A stretch of 64,000 nucleotides of DNA, from contig OX597815.1 in NCBI GenBank assembly GCA_951406725.2, positions 101,122,001 through 101,186,000 on the forward strand. Direction: 5' to 3'. Shown here one piece after another: positions 39,640-53,125 of this stretch. Within the stretch, counting starts at the first letter, position 1. Every line of letters begins with the position of its first letter. The notes under the pieces are model-generated. The model searched no databases. It was not told the origin of the DNA and was given only the letters and a program-made list of their open reading frames with translations. A program made the position numbers and the translations under genes. The stretch is from Octopus vulgaris. Its lineage: Eukaryota.

Positions 39640-40135
39640 TAAAGCACCCCGGAAATCGATCACAAGAAAAATAGAGAACACGGCAGGTCTTCATTATTGG
39701 GATGGGCACGAGAAACTCAAACTTTATCCCTCCAAGACCGCCGTGAGCGCTATATCATTTGTATGGTGTAGAAAATATTCCAGCAGTATTTCCCAAACGA
39801 TGCTGGTCTCAATTTTAAAATTCATCCAAGGACTGGTTCTCGTGCCACCCGTCCTCCACAAAATCATGCTCGAATGCCATCACAACACTAGGACAGAACT
39901 ATTTCATTTCATACCTTGACATAAGAGTCGAAAAAGATCTTTTAACATTCAAACGGTTCCTGGACGAATATCGCCAACAAATCCCAAATAAATCACCCAC
40001 ACCCGGATAAAATAACTCTTTACTCGAATGGGCTAGTATAGCCAAAAATGATTGTAATATAAAACATCATTAAATGTCTTTTCCTCGTGGTACTAAGTTA
40101 GTCATGGCCTGGGCCAATCCAGTCCCAAACTTATC
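39640..40135 (+). mobile_element. CR1/Jockey-group LINE 3' end
   Basis: Frameshifted KLKLY.LQ.RRERYIICMV.KI motif at ~39715-39780; 3' end gtggtactaagttagtcatggcctgggcc also seen inverted at 42575-42625. Confidence 0.65.
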
Positions 40136-40216
40136 AAGTGTGTGTGTGTGTGTATACACGCACACACACACACATATATATGCATGTATATATATATATA
40201 TATTCATACGTATGCA

Positions 40217-40267
<51 letters not shown>

Positions 40268-40344
40268 ATATATATATAGATCTATATATATATAGATCTA
40301 TATATGTATATATGTATATATATATATATTTTTTATTTATGCAC

Positions 40345-40645
40345 CCTTTACAAGCCTAGCTAGCCTCATGGGCCCGGTTTCCCGGTTTCTATGGCGTATG
40401 TGTTCCCCCCAGTTGGACGGGACGCCAGTCCATCGCAGCGTTACTCAAGAAACAGGAAGAAAGAGTGAGAGAAAGTTGGGGCGAAAGAGTACAACAGGGG
40501 TCGCCACCACCCACTGCCGGAGCATCGTGGAGCTCTTTTAGGTGTTTTCGCTCAATAAACACACACAACGCCCGGTCTGGGAATCGAAACGGCAATTCTC
40601 CGACGGCGAGTCCGCTGCCCTAACCACTGGGCCATTGCGCCTCAC
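40345..40645 (-). mobile_element. SINE family D2 (same head and body as D1, different tail)
   Basis: Minus strand gaggcgcaatggcccagtgg...gtttcgattcccagaccgggcgttg...; tail gcgatggactggcgtcccgtcc...gaaaccggg. Confidence 0.85.
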
Positions 40646-40683
40646 ATATGTATATATATATATACATATATACACACACACAA

Positions 40684-40747
<64 letters not shown>

Positions 40748-40802
40748 CCTGTATATATATGTATATATAAAGCATTGAAACTCTATTCTCTCCAGCGCCG
40801 TT

Positions 40803-40861
<59 letters not shown>

Positions 40862-41122
40862 CGCGCGTTCGTGACTGTGTTTGTCAAGTAGAGTTGGTGC
40901 GTTTACGCCCAGAACTTAGCGGTTCAGCAAAGAGGACCGATAGAATAAGTACTAGGCTTAAGAAAAAAGTCCTGGGGAGCGATTTGTTCGGCTAAAACCC
41001 TTTAAGGTAATGCTCCAGCATTAAATGAATGAAACAAGTAAAATAATGAAAGAAAAGAATAAAAGAAAGAACAAAGAGTAAATATTTATTTATTTATCCA
41101 TCCATCCATCCATCCATGTATG

Positions 41123-41149
<27 letters not shown>

Positions 41150-41153
<4 letters not shown>

Positions 41154-41375
41154 CGGGAAAGTTTACGAAAATAAACAAAAGACGAAGGCAGGTGGAGTAC
41201 AAACAAACAAATGTATTAGTATAGCGCTCAGGAATAGAAATAGAAAAAGTCTTTTACGTTTCGAGCCTACGCTCTTCGACAGAAAGATACACAGAAAAAA
41301 AACAAGGAGAGAAACAAGGAGAGAAAAAAAGGAGAGAAAAAAATGCGTGTAGGAGCTAACGATCTATCGTATGTC
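41150..41375 (-). mobile_element. Solo Penelope-type terminal repeat with minimal HHR (41251-41286)
   Basis: Minus strand cttt-CTGTCGA-a-gagc[gtag]gctc-GAAA-cg-TA-aaag; A6 is replaced by T. Confidence 0.6.
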
Positions 41376-41542
41376 AACAAATTATTATTGTTCCTGCAAG
41401 TTGTCTTTATACCTTCTACAGACTGCTCAAAGCTTACTAATTTCCTACACCTAAATCCTTGGATCTTACAATTACATGTACATACATACATACATACACA
41501 CATACATACATACATACATACATACATACATACATACATACA

Positions 41543-41569
<27 letters not shown>

Positions 41570-41574
<5 letters not shown>

Positions 41575-42530
41575 AGAGACCAAAGTGTACGTACGCCGCT
41601 ATATGTTTTATATATATTTATTACAAAATGGGGCAAGAATGCAAAACATCCAGACAGGTGATACAAAAAAGGGACAACAAAACATCCAGTTAGACGATAC
41701 AAAGAAAACAAGGACGGGTCATTCGGAGTTTTATTTCCTCAGTCGAGTTCCAGATTATCTTTGAAATTTCTGTTGGTTATACTCGAGATTGCTCCAATCC
41801 GGCCAGCCCCAAGGAAAAACTAAGCTAAGAGCATTAGATTCCTTGGAAGAAAGCAGCGAATGTATACGAAAACAAGGACGAAAAAAACGGAGAATGTTAC
41901 ACAAATACAAATGACAGGACATAACAACAGGTGGATTTCGACTAAAGACGAATTAAATTAAGCTGGCGAGCCTGGAAGTAAAGCCTTATGGAAGGGATAC
42001 AAGATTTCACTGGCACAGGGAGGAATACAGATGTTGCACGGACGGCGGCCGAATCAAGAAAGAAAGTTCAGGCTTGGCTGAACACCGGTCACGTAGGGAG
42101 AGAAGGGAGAGAGGTAGAGGCAGGACAGAAGAAATAAGGAGGGGCGAGAAAAAATGACAGAGACACAGTGAAATGAAAAGAGCAGGAAAGTGAGCATGAA
42201 GAGAAGGCAAGGAAATGTGAGAGAGGAGGAACGAAAGAACGAAGAGTGGAATGAATGAAGTAAGTGTGAAAGGGCTGATAGAAAGAAGGAAAGAATAATA
42301 GAAAGAATAGAGTCGTACAAGACTTAGATAAATATATATTTACATATAAGAGACCAAAGTGTTCGTACGCCGCTATACGTTTTATATATAAAAGATTCAA
42401 AATGGGACAAGAACGCAAAACATCCAGACAGTTAGGTGATACAAAAAAGGGACAACAAAGCATCCAGATAGACGATACAAAAAACACAAGGACGGGTCAT
42501 TCGGAGTTTTCTTTCCTCAGTCGAGTTCCA
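41570..42530. mobile_element. Non-coding element bracketed by ~180 bp direct repeats
   Basis: 41570-41751 recurs at 42344-42530 (atataagagaccaaagtg...cctcagtcgagttcca). Confidence 0.8.
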
Positions 42531-42687
42531 CATCTCTAATTTAATATATAAAACTTAGATAAAACTTAGATATGTTTCGACCAGAGATTGGTCCAGGCCA
42601 TGTCTAACTTAATAGCACCACCTGATAGGATTATTCGAATCCTGTTTAAGTCAAGTTTTGTTCAAGTAGTGAGTTCTTGTTGGGTGA

Positions 42688-42733
<46 letters not shown>

Positions 42734-43258
42734 TGGAGAGAGAGAGAGGGGGGAGAGTGAGAGGGAGGGAGAAGGGAAAGAGGAAGAGAAAGAGAGTATA
42801 ATTAGAAAGTCCCAGTGCAATTTTGAGATTTGAATTAAAGATTATTTTATAATTTTAGTTCTATATAGTATTGAATTTACCTTTGAAGGATATTTAGTTA
42901 TTTAATATATGTAAAACAATGCATGTCACAAATTACTGGTGTCGTGTATTAATTAAAAAAATGAACAATTACTTCAGCTTTGTTTTATCGGTATGTAAAG
43001 ACTAAACCTCGTCATAAAAGTCATTTGCAAGTTAGGATAATTAATGTGATTCCGGATATAATTGAAAATCAACAACAAAATGTATTTCTAAAACTTCAGT
43101 ATCATATTACATTTAGTATATGTAATGATAAGAGATGAATTAAAAATTAGCAATCTTAGTCACAAATTTGTTTAAAAGTGGATTAATATTATTCACTTAT
43201 TTTTTGTGAGGATAAATTCTACCGCATAGAGAGCTAAATATTACAAACCTATATATAT

Positions 43259-43480
43259 ATAGTAATCTCTCGCCATATTGCGGTTCACCTATCGTGGCTT
43301 GTTATTTAAGTTTATGTCGATTCATCTGTGGTGTTGTTTTGCATTTATAATAAAATAGATACAAATTATAAAAATAATAAAAAGATATACAGTACAAAAC
43401 TGTTTCACCTATCGTGTGTGTGTGCGGGGGGTTGGAACGTAACACTCGCGTAACGCTCGTGATAGTCGAGGAATTACTGT
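43259..43480. mobile_element. pogo/Tigger-like MITE
   Basis: Ends tagtaatctctcg... and ...cgaggaattactg (CAGTAATCCCTCG-type TIR). Confidence 0.55.
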
Positions 43481-43486
43481 GTATAT

Positions 43487-44446
43487 ATTGGATTATCCCA
43501 TAAATAGTGCGTTTTTAAAAATTTCTTTTATTTTTCAAAATCAAGATATGCAAAGTTCTTTTTTTAATCTAAAATATACTCCCCTTTCGTCTTGAAACCA
43601 AAGATAGTCGTTTTTCATCTAGCGCTGACTTAAGCCGTACAAGCTGCTCGCAGTATATATTTTCTTTGTTATCATTTGGTTTGGGTTTAAACGTTCAAAG
43701 TGAATGAAACCTTTCATATCCCACCAAACAAATAACGTCTTACGTGGGTGAAGGCCTTCTTTAGCTTGAGGTGCCGATGTTTTTCCTTTCCCTGCCTACT
43801 GTCTTCAGCCCTTCACATTTTTATAGAGAGCTCATTTCTCGTCATCAGTCATTATTCGGTCCAAAAAAGGTTCATTCGTGAGATGTGGAAGCAAAGACGA
43901 GCACATATTCACACTCTGTGCGCGATTTGAGTCGGCAAGTTTGTGAGGAACCCATTGACCCAATGTGCTGAATTTTCCGATGGCATGCAGGTATCAATGA
44001 ATGGCTGAATGACCAAATTCACGCTTCTCTGCGAGTTCCTCAACAGTTACGATGGGATTTTATTCCAATAGGGTTTGCATGAGGTCCTCGTCGAGCTCTA
44101 CAGATCTTCCAAGACGAGGCTCGTCTTTTAGGCTGTAGTTTCCGGCTCGAAATTTCTGGAACCATCGTTGACACTGTCATACTGCATTAGCATTCCTCAC
44201 ACTTTCCTTAGCGTGGTTGCCTTTATTGAACTCATAAAGCAAAATAAACCAAATAAGCTCCTTTGTCACTTCCATTATCGCTTTGAAAAAATAACTGTTA
44301 AAATCGAACTGCACCCTTCAAAACTTGCACCAAGAATAAGAACAAGGTAAAATTATTACCCGTTTTTATTATAGCAAGTTATCCCATCCTCGACTTTTAG
44401 TTCATGCAATTGAAAAAAACCGCATTATTTATGGGATGACCCAATA
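43487..44446 (-). mobile_element. mariner, internally deleted
   Basis: TIRs tattggattatcccataaatagtgcgttttt / aaaaaccgcattattttatgggatgacccaata; decayed N-terminal transposase on minus. Confidence 0.8.
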
Positions 44447-44459
44447 TGTGCGTGCGCGC

Positions 44460-44498
<39 letters not shown>

Positions 44499-44501
<3 letters not shown>

Positions 44502-45738
44502 TAGGTTGTCCGGAGAGTTCTGACCATTTTTTTAATATGCAAAAAGGGATATAAATAATTAACCTTTCCATAAATTTTATTCAATGAAGTAATTTCCATT
44601 ACTATTAATGACCTTTGCCCATCTATCTGGCAATTTCAATATTCCACCAGCATAAAATTTGACTGGTTTTGAAGAAAACAATTATCTAGATACATTTTGA
44701 CTCTATCAAAATCCTTAAATGTTTTTCCTTGCAATGAGTTCTGTAGAGGCAAAAAGAAGTGGTAGTTAGATGACACAATAACAGTAGTATATGGTGGATG
44801 TGGTAAGAGATCCCATCCAAGTTCATGTAACTTTGTTCGGGTAGCCAAAGACTATTCTGTTATTGGAACACTACATCTTTCCTGTCGGTAATCTCCAGCC
44901 TCAATTCTTTGATTTTTTGGTTCAAATTAGCCAGCTGACAGTACACATCAGAAATAATGGTCTGGTTTTGTGGGAGAAACTCATAATAAATAATGCTTTT
45001 ATGATCTCAACAAACACAAAGCATAGCTTTTTTGGCATGGATATTCGGCTTTGGTTGCTGTTTTGGGGGTTCCTTACGCAAACTCCAGGACCTTTTTCGC
45101 ACTACGTTTTCGTACACAATCCATTATTCATCCCCAGTCACAACGCATGCTTTCATTCCGTTTCAAAAGCTTATCACAAACGGAATATCAGTCCAAGTAA
45201 TTATTTTCTGAGAGTTTGTGAGGGACCCAAACATTGTAGCGAAAAATGTATTCTAGCTTCACTAGGTGTTCATGAGTCGTACTTTTAGAAATTTCCAGCT
45301 ACTTTGCAAGTTCTCTAGTCGTGATATTTGAGTTTTGTTCAATTTTTGCCTATAAAACATTTTCATCCAATTCTGAAGGTATTCAACTGCGACTGTCATC
45401 TTCCAAGCTAAACTCTCCACCTTAAAATTTTGCGAACCACCTTTGAACAGTTGATTCACCTACAGCATCCTCACCATAAACTTCACAAGTATTTTTGCAA
45501 GTCGTTGCAGCATTTTCTCATTACAACGAGAATATGAAATTTTTGGATATCCATTTCAAATGTCAATAAAGGGTAACCAAAATGAAAGGTAAATCTATTT
45601 TTAGTCAGGGACAAAGAAGAGATGCACGACCACTTCAAGCAATGCCCACGTTTTAACTGTGTTACGTTTCAGGTGCGTTCAAGGAAGCGTTAAAAGATTT
45701 AGCTTAAAAACGCTCAGAACTTTCCGGTCTACCTAATA
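44499..45738 (-). mobile_element. mariner, ~1.24 kb, decayed
   Basis: TIRs tattaggttgtccggagagttctga / tcagaactttccggtctacctaata; GWDLLPHPPY..SSNYHFF..LQNSL; both ends in (TA)n. Confidence 0.85.
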
Positions 45739-45748
45739 TATACATATG

Positions 45749-45814
<66 letters not shown>

Positions 45815-45849
45815 CACACACACACACATACGCGCATACACACACACAG

Positions 45850-45898
<49 letters not shown>

Positions 45899-45899
<1 letters not shown>

Positions 45900-46617
45900 T
45901 GAAGGATTTTTAATTGCAACACAGCCTTCTCACCAGAAATTACCAAAAACATATAATAAAAAGAAACATAACAAGTAACTGTAGAATATATGGAGATAGA
46001 CAAGAAACAATAAATCATATATCTCTGGCTGCCCAATCCTGGCTAAGAAGGAGTATATTCACAGACACGACAGAGTTGGGACCTACAAACACTGGAAACT
46101 ATTCCAACAAGATGGTATAGGCACATACCAGAAAAGGTCACAGAAAACGAGAAAGCAACCATACTCTGGGATATGCCAATACACACAGATAGAGAAATTA
46201 AGGCCAATAGGCCAGATATAGTTGTCAGAGATCAGGACGGAAAAAATGCTTTCTAATTGATGTATCAATACCAGCACATGACAACGTTTCTCTAAAAGAA
46301 ATGGAGAAACTTTCAAAATACAAAGACCTGGAAATAGAGGTAACTGGAATGTGGAATCTAGAAACAGAAACAATTCCTATCGTAGTAGGTGCATTAGGCA
46401 TGATAAGAAAATATTCAGACAAATACATAACAAAAGCACCAGGACTTACAAATATATATAAAACAGAAAATTGCACTACTGGGCACTGCACACATCCTAC
46501 GCAAAACACTTTCAATACAGTAATCATAAGAGCACCACAGCAAACCATAGCACGTAACCAAGGCGCGCAGAGCTGCGCTCGGTAGTAAAGTGAAAGCACG
46601 CTATAAAAATAAAACTA

Positions 46618-46620
<3 letters not shown>
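45899..46620 (+). mobile_element. Dong/R4 3' fragment 1, followed by (AAT)n 46621-46677
   Basis: ETINHI, RHD, ILWDMPIHTDREIKANRPDIV, EKLSKYKDL, IPIVVGALG, ILRKTL. Confidence 0.9.
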
Positions 46621-46673
<53 letters not shown>

Positions 46674-46689
46674 TAATTTTAATTTGGAA

Positions 46690-47215
46690 ACCAAGGCCTA
46701 CAAAGAGCAAAGACGTGTTATAAACAAACACCAGAAAGAGTCACCGAAAAAGAGAACTGCAAAATCCCGTGGGATGTAATGATCCAGTATGATCACCTGA
46801 TCAGATATAGGAAACCGGATATTGTTGTGGTGAATAAAAAAGAAAGAGCATGTATGATTATCGACATAGCACGCCACAATGACAACAGTATTAAGGTGAA
46901 AGAAGAAAAAATAAACAACCAAGACGATTTAAAGAGGGAAATACGAAGGTTGCGGTCAATGAAAAGAGTAGACGTGATACCAATAGCAATTGGTGCACTT
47001 GGAAGTATCAGCACTCAACTAGCAACATGGCTGAAAAAGATCGGTGCCAGTGTGAAGGTAGAACTCCTACAAAAATCAATATTGTTTGGAACTACAAAAA
47101 TTCTTCACAGGGTTCTTGAAGCATGACCAGTAAACAAGTGTCACCTTAGTCTGCTGGCTGTGGACAGCTGACACTTTCCATGATATCTAGCAAAATAAGC
47201 CGTGACTTTTCATAA
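46690..47215 (+). mobile_element. Dong/R4 3' fragment 2, followed by (TAA/TGA)n 47216-47362
   Basis: RKPDIVVV..IIDIA..IPIAIGALG..LFGTTKILHRVL*. Confidence 0.9.
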
Positions 47216-47265
<50 letters not shown>

Positions 47266-47315
47266 TGATAATGATAATGATAATGATAATGATGATGATG
47301 ATGATGATAATAATG

Positions 47316-47364
<49 letters not shown>

Positions 47365-47962
47365 TTGTGGCATATTAACAGCCAATGTAGGCCACTAGAC
47401 CAGAAGGCTTGTCCACTGGACACTTTGCAACAAGTATGGACTTAAAGCAAAAAAAACAAAAACAAATGATACGACCACAACCCCGAAGGTGAAGGTATCA
47501 TCGAAAATGATAATGCAAAGATACTGTGGGATTTTATGATTCAGTGCGACCATGAGATAGGGACTAGGAAGTCAGACATATCTTAATTGAGGAAGAAAAC
47601 GAACTATGCTGGATAATAGACATAGCATGTCCAGCTGGCAACAAGGTATGTGATAAGGAAGAAAGAAAAGTTGAGAGATATGGCAGGTTAGCTTGGGAGG
47701 TTAAGCAGTTGTGGTCGATGCAAAAGGTGGTGGTAGTACCAATAATTGTCGGAGCCCTGGGAACAGTGAGAAAAAATCTTGAGAACTACATGGAACAAAC
47801 AGGGGCTGCAATAAAGGTGGAGCATTTGCAGAAAGCAGCACTGCTTAGAGCCGCTCGAATACTCCGGAAGGTGCTCGATAAATAAGAGGTGTTACTTTAG
47901 TTCACTGGTGCTGAACAGCTGACACCGTAGTACATCTCCAGCGTTAGAAGCTGTGCAAATGC
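47365..47962 (+). mobile_element. Dong/R4 3' fragment 3, followed by (AAT)n 47963-48003
   Basis: VHWTLC, ILWDFMIQCDHEI, IIDIACP, VPIIVGALG, ARILRKVL. Confidence 0.9.
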
Positions 47963-48003
<41 letters not shown>

Positions 48004-48004
48004 G

Positions 48005-48574
48005 CCTGAACTTGCCCCATGATAAAAACTGGTGGGAACACAAACCACCTCCAATGCTTGAAAATGATCACATCTCACTCCACCGGAACTTCACCATTCA
48101 AACTGACAGAAAGATAAATGCAAATAGGCCAGACGTCATATTGAAAGACTTCAGACAAAAATCATGCCTCTTCATTGATATGACTGTCCCAATCGATATA
48201 AACGTATCTGTCAAGACATACCAAAACCAAAGCAATAACTGTTGTCATAGGTGCCCTGGGAATGATAGCAAAAGGAGCTGATTGCTACCTAGCTCAGATA
48301 CCAGGAAACCCCCAAATGGCAGAAATTCAAAAGATAGTGCTCATGGGAACTGCCCATATCCTACGTAAAATACTTTCTATGTAATTTCAAGTTTTAAAAC
48401 AAACACATTTTCTTATGGTTTCTTAAACATTCTCTAGAACAACACTATGTACAAAACCAAATATATGGCACCCTAGGCATAACACCAACATGATCTTCCA
48501 ACTTGTTGTCTCTTGAGGTCTCTAGGTGAGACTTGGAGCCACCTTGTACAAATGTAAAGTAAAAGTAAAACATA

Positions 48575-48575
<1 letters not shown>
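48005..48575 (+). mobile_element. Dong/R4 3' fragment 4, followed by (AAT)n 48576-48631
   Basis: WWEHKP..IQTDRKINANRPDVIL..IDMTVP, IGALG, MGTAHILRKIL. Confidence 0.9.
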
Positions 48576-48630
<55 letters not shown>

Positions 48631-49369
48631 TGATGATGATGATGAGGAATTATTTATTTATTAGCCACGCAGGGCTTGTATGATGAAAAACATTAAGAAC
48701 GGCACAGACCGTACAAGACGGTGCGGTATTAGTTTTAGCATGCCAAATGTCATATAACGAATAAAAACAAGTTCAAAGTAAATTTCCCAATAGTAGAAAA
48801 TGGCGGCCAAAATGCTTAACGGTATTTCGTCCGGCTTTACGTCCTGATTTCAAATTCCGGTAGGATCGACTGCGTCTTTCCATCCTTTCGGGGTCGATGA
48901 AATAAGTACCAGTTGAGCCCTGAGGTCGATGTAATCGACTTATTACCTCCCCAGAAATGGCTAGTCTTGAGTCAAAATTTGAAATTATCATCATTAAAAG
49001 GAGTATCAGTTGGTTGTTTTGCTATGGAAAATATCTCATTTAAAATTGTTTATGAAATGGATTCAAATTAAACATTTAGAATATAATTGTGTTGGTGGGT
49101 AGGGGAAATAAACAACAATAAAAAGCAGCATTAAGAATATCAATAAAAACAATTTTAAAAGACAAACAACAACAATAAAAAAGGAAACGATAATTAACGA
49201 AATAAGAAACAGAAAAAAAGAAATTCGTGTTCAAAATAACAAGGCTGTTAATTCTTAAAGCTAACATATCTACTCCATTATCACAGACACTATGTCACAA
49301 ACATCTCTTCCATCACAGCCATCACTTCTTACAATCATAAACAGCATTAGCATATTAACCACCGTAATA

Positions 49370-49690
49370 ATCACAACCATCATCACCACCACCGTCACCT
49401 TATTCCAATCATAACGACTATAACCATCATCATTATTATCATGATCATGATCATCATGATCATTATGGCCATGATGACGACGATGTTGATGATGACGATG
49501 ACGACGATGAAGATGATTATGACGATGATGATGATGATGATTATGATGATCATGATCATAATTATGATCCTCCTCCTCCTCCTCCTCCCCCTTCTCCACC
49601 TCGTCATCATCGTCATCATCGTCATCATCGTCATTGTCATCATCATCATCATCATCGTCGTCGTCGTCATCATCATCATTATTACTGTCA
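49370..49690. repeat. Compound degenerate trinucleotide tract (CAT/GAT/CCT)
   Basis: Directly visible; repeat polarity switches several times. Confidence 0.9.
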
Positions 49691-49843
49691 TCACACACAC
49701 ACAAAAAAAGAATTAATAGAACAACAACAACAACAAAGACCATTACCGTAGGTTTCATTCACATCAATTCCATTGAAATGTGTGAATTGGTGGTGAGGAG
49801 GTGTTGGTTGTGTTTACCAGATCACAAGGGGAGGATAAGTGAG

Positions 49844-49884
<41 letters not shown>

Positions 49885-49996
49885 AATGTTAAGCATGAAT
49901 GAAAGCATGACCTAACTTGGAGTGCGTAAACAAAGGTTGTAAGGTAGAGACAACTTTTCAAGGTCTAGAGAAGAAATCAGAGAATGTATGCATCTA

Positions 49997-50052
<56 letters not shown>

Positions 50053-50267
50053 TGTGTGTGTATGCATGTGTATGGTTGTGTGACTATGCATGTTTATGTA
50101 TACGTATATATGAATGGGTGTGTGTGTATGTGTGCATGTATTGTGTCTTTCCTTGTGTGTAAACGTGTGTATGTGTATATACGTGATGCGTAACTCTATA
50201 CGTACGCATCTATTCATCTATGTATATGTGCTGCGTATAAGAATAAAAGCATGGATAATATATGTAG

Positions 50268-50302
<35 letters not shown>

Positions 50303-51114
50303 TATAGTTGTGTATTCAAGTATGTGTTTTTAGCATCTTTGTGTGTATGCAACTAATGTATGTACGTATATATGTATATGTAGTATGGTTGTGTGTGTAT
50401 GTATATGTTTTATGGTTGTTTGTTTGCGTGTGTATGTGTGTGTGTGTGTGTGCGCGCGTGTGTATGTGTGTGTGTATGCTTAGATTTATGAATGGTTTCG
50501 TAAGTGTTGAAGAGAATGAGTTTGAGACATGAAAAGGGTAGGAATGAAGGAAGAAATTGAAAGAAACGCGCGCGCACACACCCACTCACAAAGAGAGAGA
50601 GAGAGAGAGGAAAGAGAGAGGAGAGAGAGAGAAAGAGGAAAAAGAGAGAGAGAGAGACTCGCACACAAAGAGAGAGTAGGTGTAAGGTGAGGGAAATTTT
50701 GGCGTAAGGTGAGAAAGGAAAAGATCTAATAAAATATAGAAAGAAAGAGTATGATACGGTTTGTGAGAAAGTAAGGGAGCTTGAGGTGTTAAACAGTGAT
50801 GGAATATGTGTGGGTGTGTGTGTGTGTGTTTGAAAGAGGGTATGTGTGTGCATAAGTGACGATTTTCCATGAATGTAACACATGCAATACATTCTCATGC
50901 TATGAAAATAGATGTAAATAAATCCGATTTTAATATACGCCTTTGATTTTTATGAGAAACAAGTTGGAAGAGGCGGCATTCATGCTATACGTAACCGCCT
51001 TCAATGAAACGGATTTGAGTTTTGAAATTGCAAGTTCTGGTTTAGCTACCTCGACTCGCCACTAATGTGTATGTGTGTGTGTGTGTGTGTGAATATATGC
51101 CTGTCTGGCCTCTC

Positions 51115-51194
<80 letters not shown>

Positions 51195-51282
51195 ATATGT
51201 ATATATACATTTATATACATATATATATGTATACATACATAAATACATACACACATACACATATATATGCATATATACATAC

Positions 51283-51415
<133 letters not shown>

Positions 51416-51586
51416 TATAGGCAAGGAGAGGGAAAGTGAGAGAGAAAGGGAGAGAGAGAGAGACAGTGTGATTGAGGGGTGAAGAAATGCAATAAAGGGG
51501 GAAAATTTAATTAAAAGCTGTAGATCTTGACTGAAGAACTGGGAGAGTGATGAAGAGAAGAAACGAGAGATGGAGGTAAAGAGAAG

Positions 51587-51646
<60 letters not shown>

Positions 51647-52706
51647 GAAGAAGAAGAAGAATCAGAGAACGGGAGAGTGCGAAAGATTGAGAGAGCGTGA
51701 GACGGTTCATTTAGGAAGTTTAGAAAAAAAGTTAACCAAAAGCATTTCCGGTAATGAATAATTTGCGAAAGGGAAGTTTCATGGAGATCTGATTAAAAAG
51801 AAAATCAAAGCGCAAAAATAAATAAAACAATAACATATCGGAATAGCAGATCATTGATACTGAATTCCTATTAGATAATGTTGTTGTGTTGAGTCTGCGA
51901 AAACAGTAGAAATTTGTAGCTATTGAGCAGATGTGCTGAGATCTGAGAACATGTCGTCATGTATCGCAACAGAATACTGAAATTTAACTGTATATTCATA
52001 AGTCCTGTTTATAAAACAACATTGTTATGTCATGATTTGATGAATGTTTATTATACGTTGGAACAGTAGACAAATGTAAACTTAGATGTTGAATGAATCA
52101 GCAGCGAACTTTCAATATAAAGGTTTGATGTGTTGAAATGTAACTAAAAGCCAAAGCCAATAGCATATTGAGACAGGCATACAGCTTCAGTTTACACTGC
52201 ACATGTACACAGAGCATGACTCTAAAGTGCTGATGTGTTAAGGTTTGAATCTATATTCTGTGTATTAGACAGTAGACCATAGTTGTAAAGTACTGATGTG
52301 TTAAGTTTCGATGCTTCGATATACTTTTGTAGGAACCGCAAGTGTTGTGGTGCAAGTGTTGTAGTTTTGAAGTAATCAAGCACAGAAATGTCAATAATTA
52401 AAGACAACAGATCAGTAATAATTACGTATTAACATTTAAAGATACTTTCATTCTTTGACTTTTTTGATATCAATCATTGGTCTGCAATCATTGGGGTACC
52501 ACTTGGTAAATTTTGATATAAGAAAGACAACGACGATGTAACTTAAACGGAGCGAAATACCTCAGGGTATTCGAGGCACCGATTCTGCTATTCACCACCA
52601 TTAAAAAAATACATACGTAAATATCACTTTTTACAACTGAACTTGACGTTTGAATTAAACTCGAGATGCCCGAATAACTGTTATAGAGATTTCAACCATT
52701 TCTATA

Positions 52707-52793
<87 letters not shown>

Positions 52794-52831
52794 CATACAT
52801 ATATATATATAAACATACATACATACATACA

Positions 52832-52893
<62 letters not shown>

Positions 52894-52914
52894 TATATGT
52901 ATGTATGTATATAT

Positions 52915-53125
52915 ATAGTTAATCCAAACATGAAAACACAAAGAGAAAACACAACAACGCGAGGATGTGGAACAAGTATAGAGTTATTGGACGCTCAGGA
53001 AAGGAAGGCAAGAAGAAGGATTTAACGTTTCGAGCGGAGCTCTTAGTCAGAAACATAGGAAAAGGAAAGATCTAAGGAAGGGAAGACGGAGGAAAAAAAT
53101 CGCCAACGGGACACACGCTGTTACA
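52915..53125 (-). mobile_element. Solo Penelope-type terminal repeat with minimal HHR (53020-53054)
   Basis: Minus strand gttt-CTGACTA-a-gagc[tcc]gctc-GAAA-cg-TT-aaat; G8 mutated; same family as 62320-62530. Confidence 0.7.
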
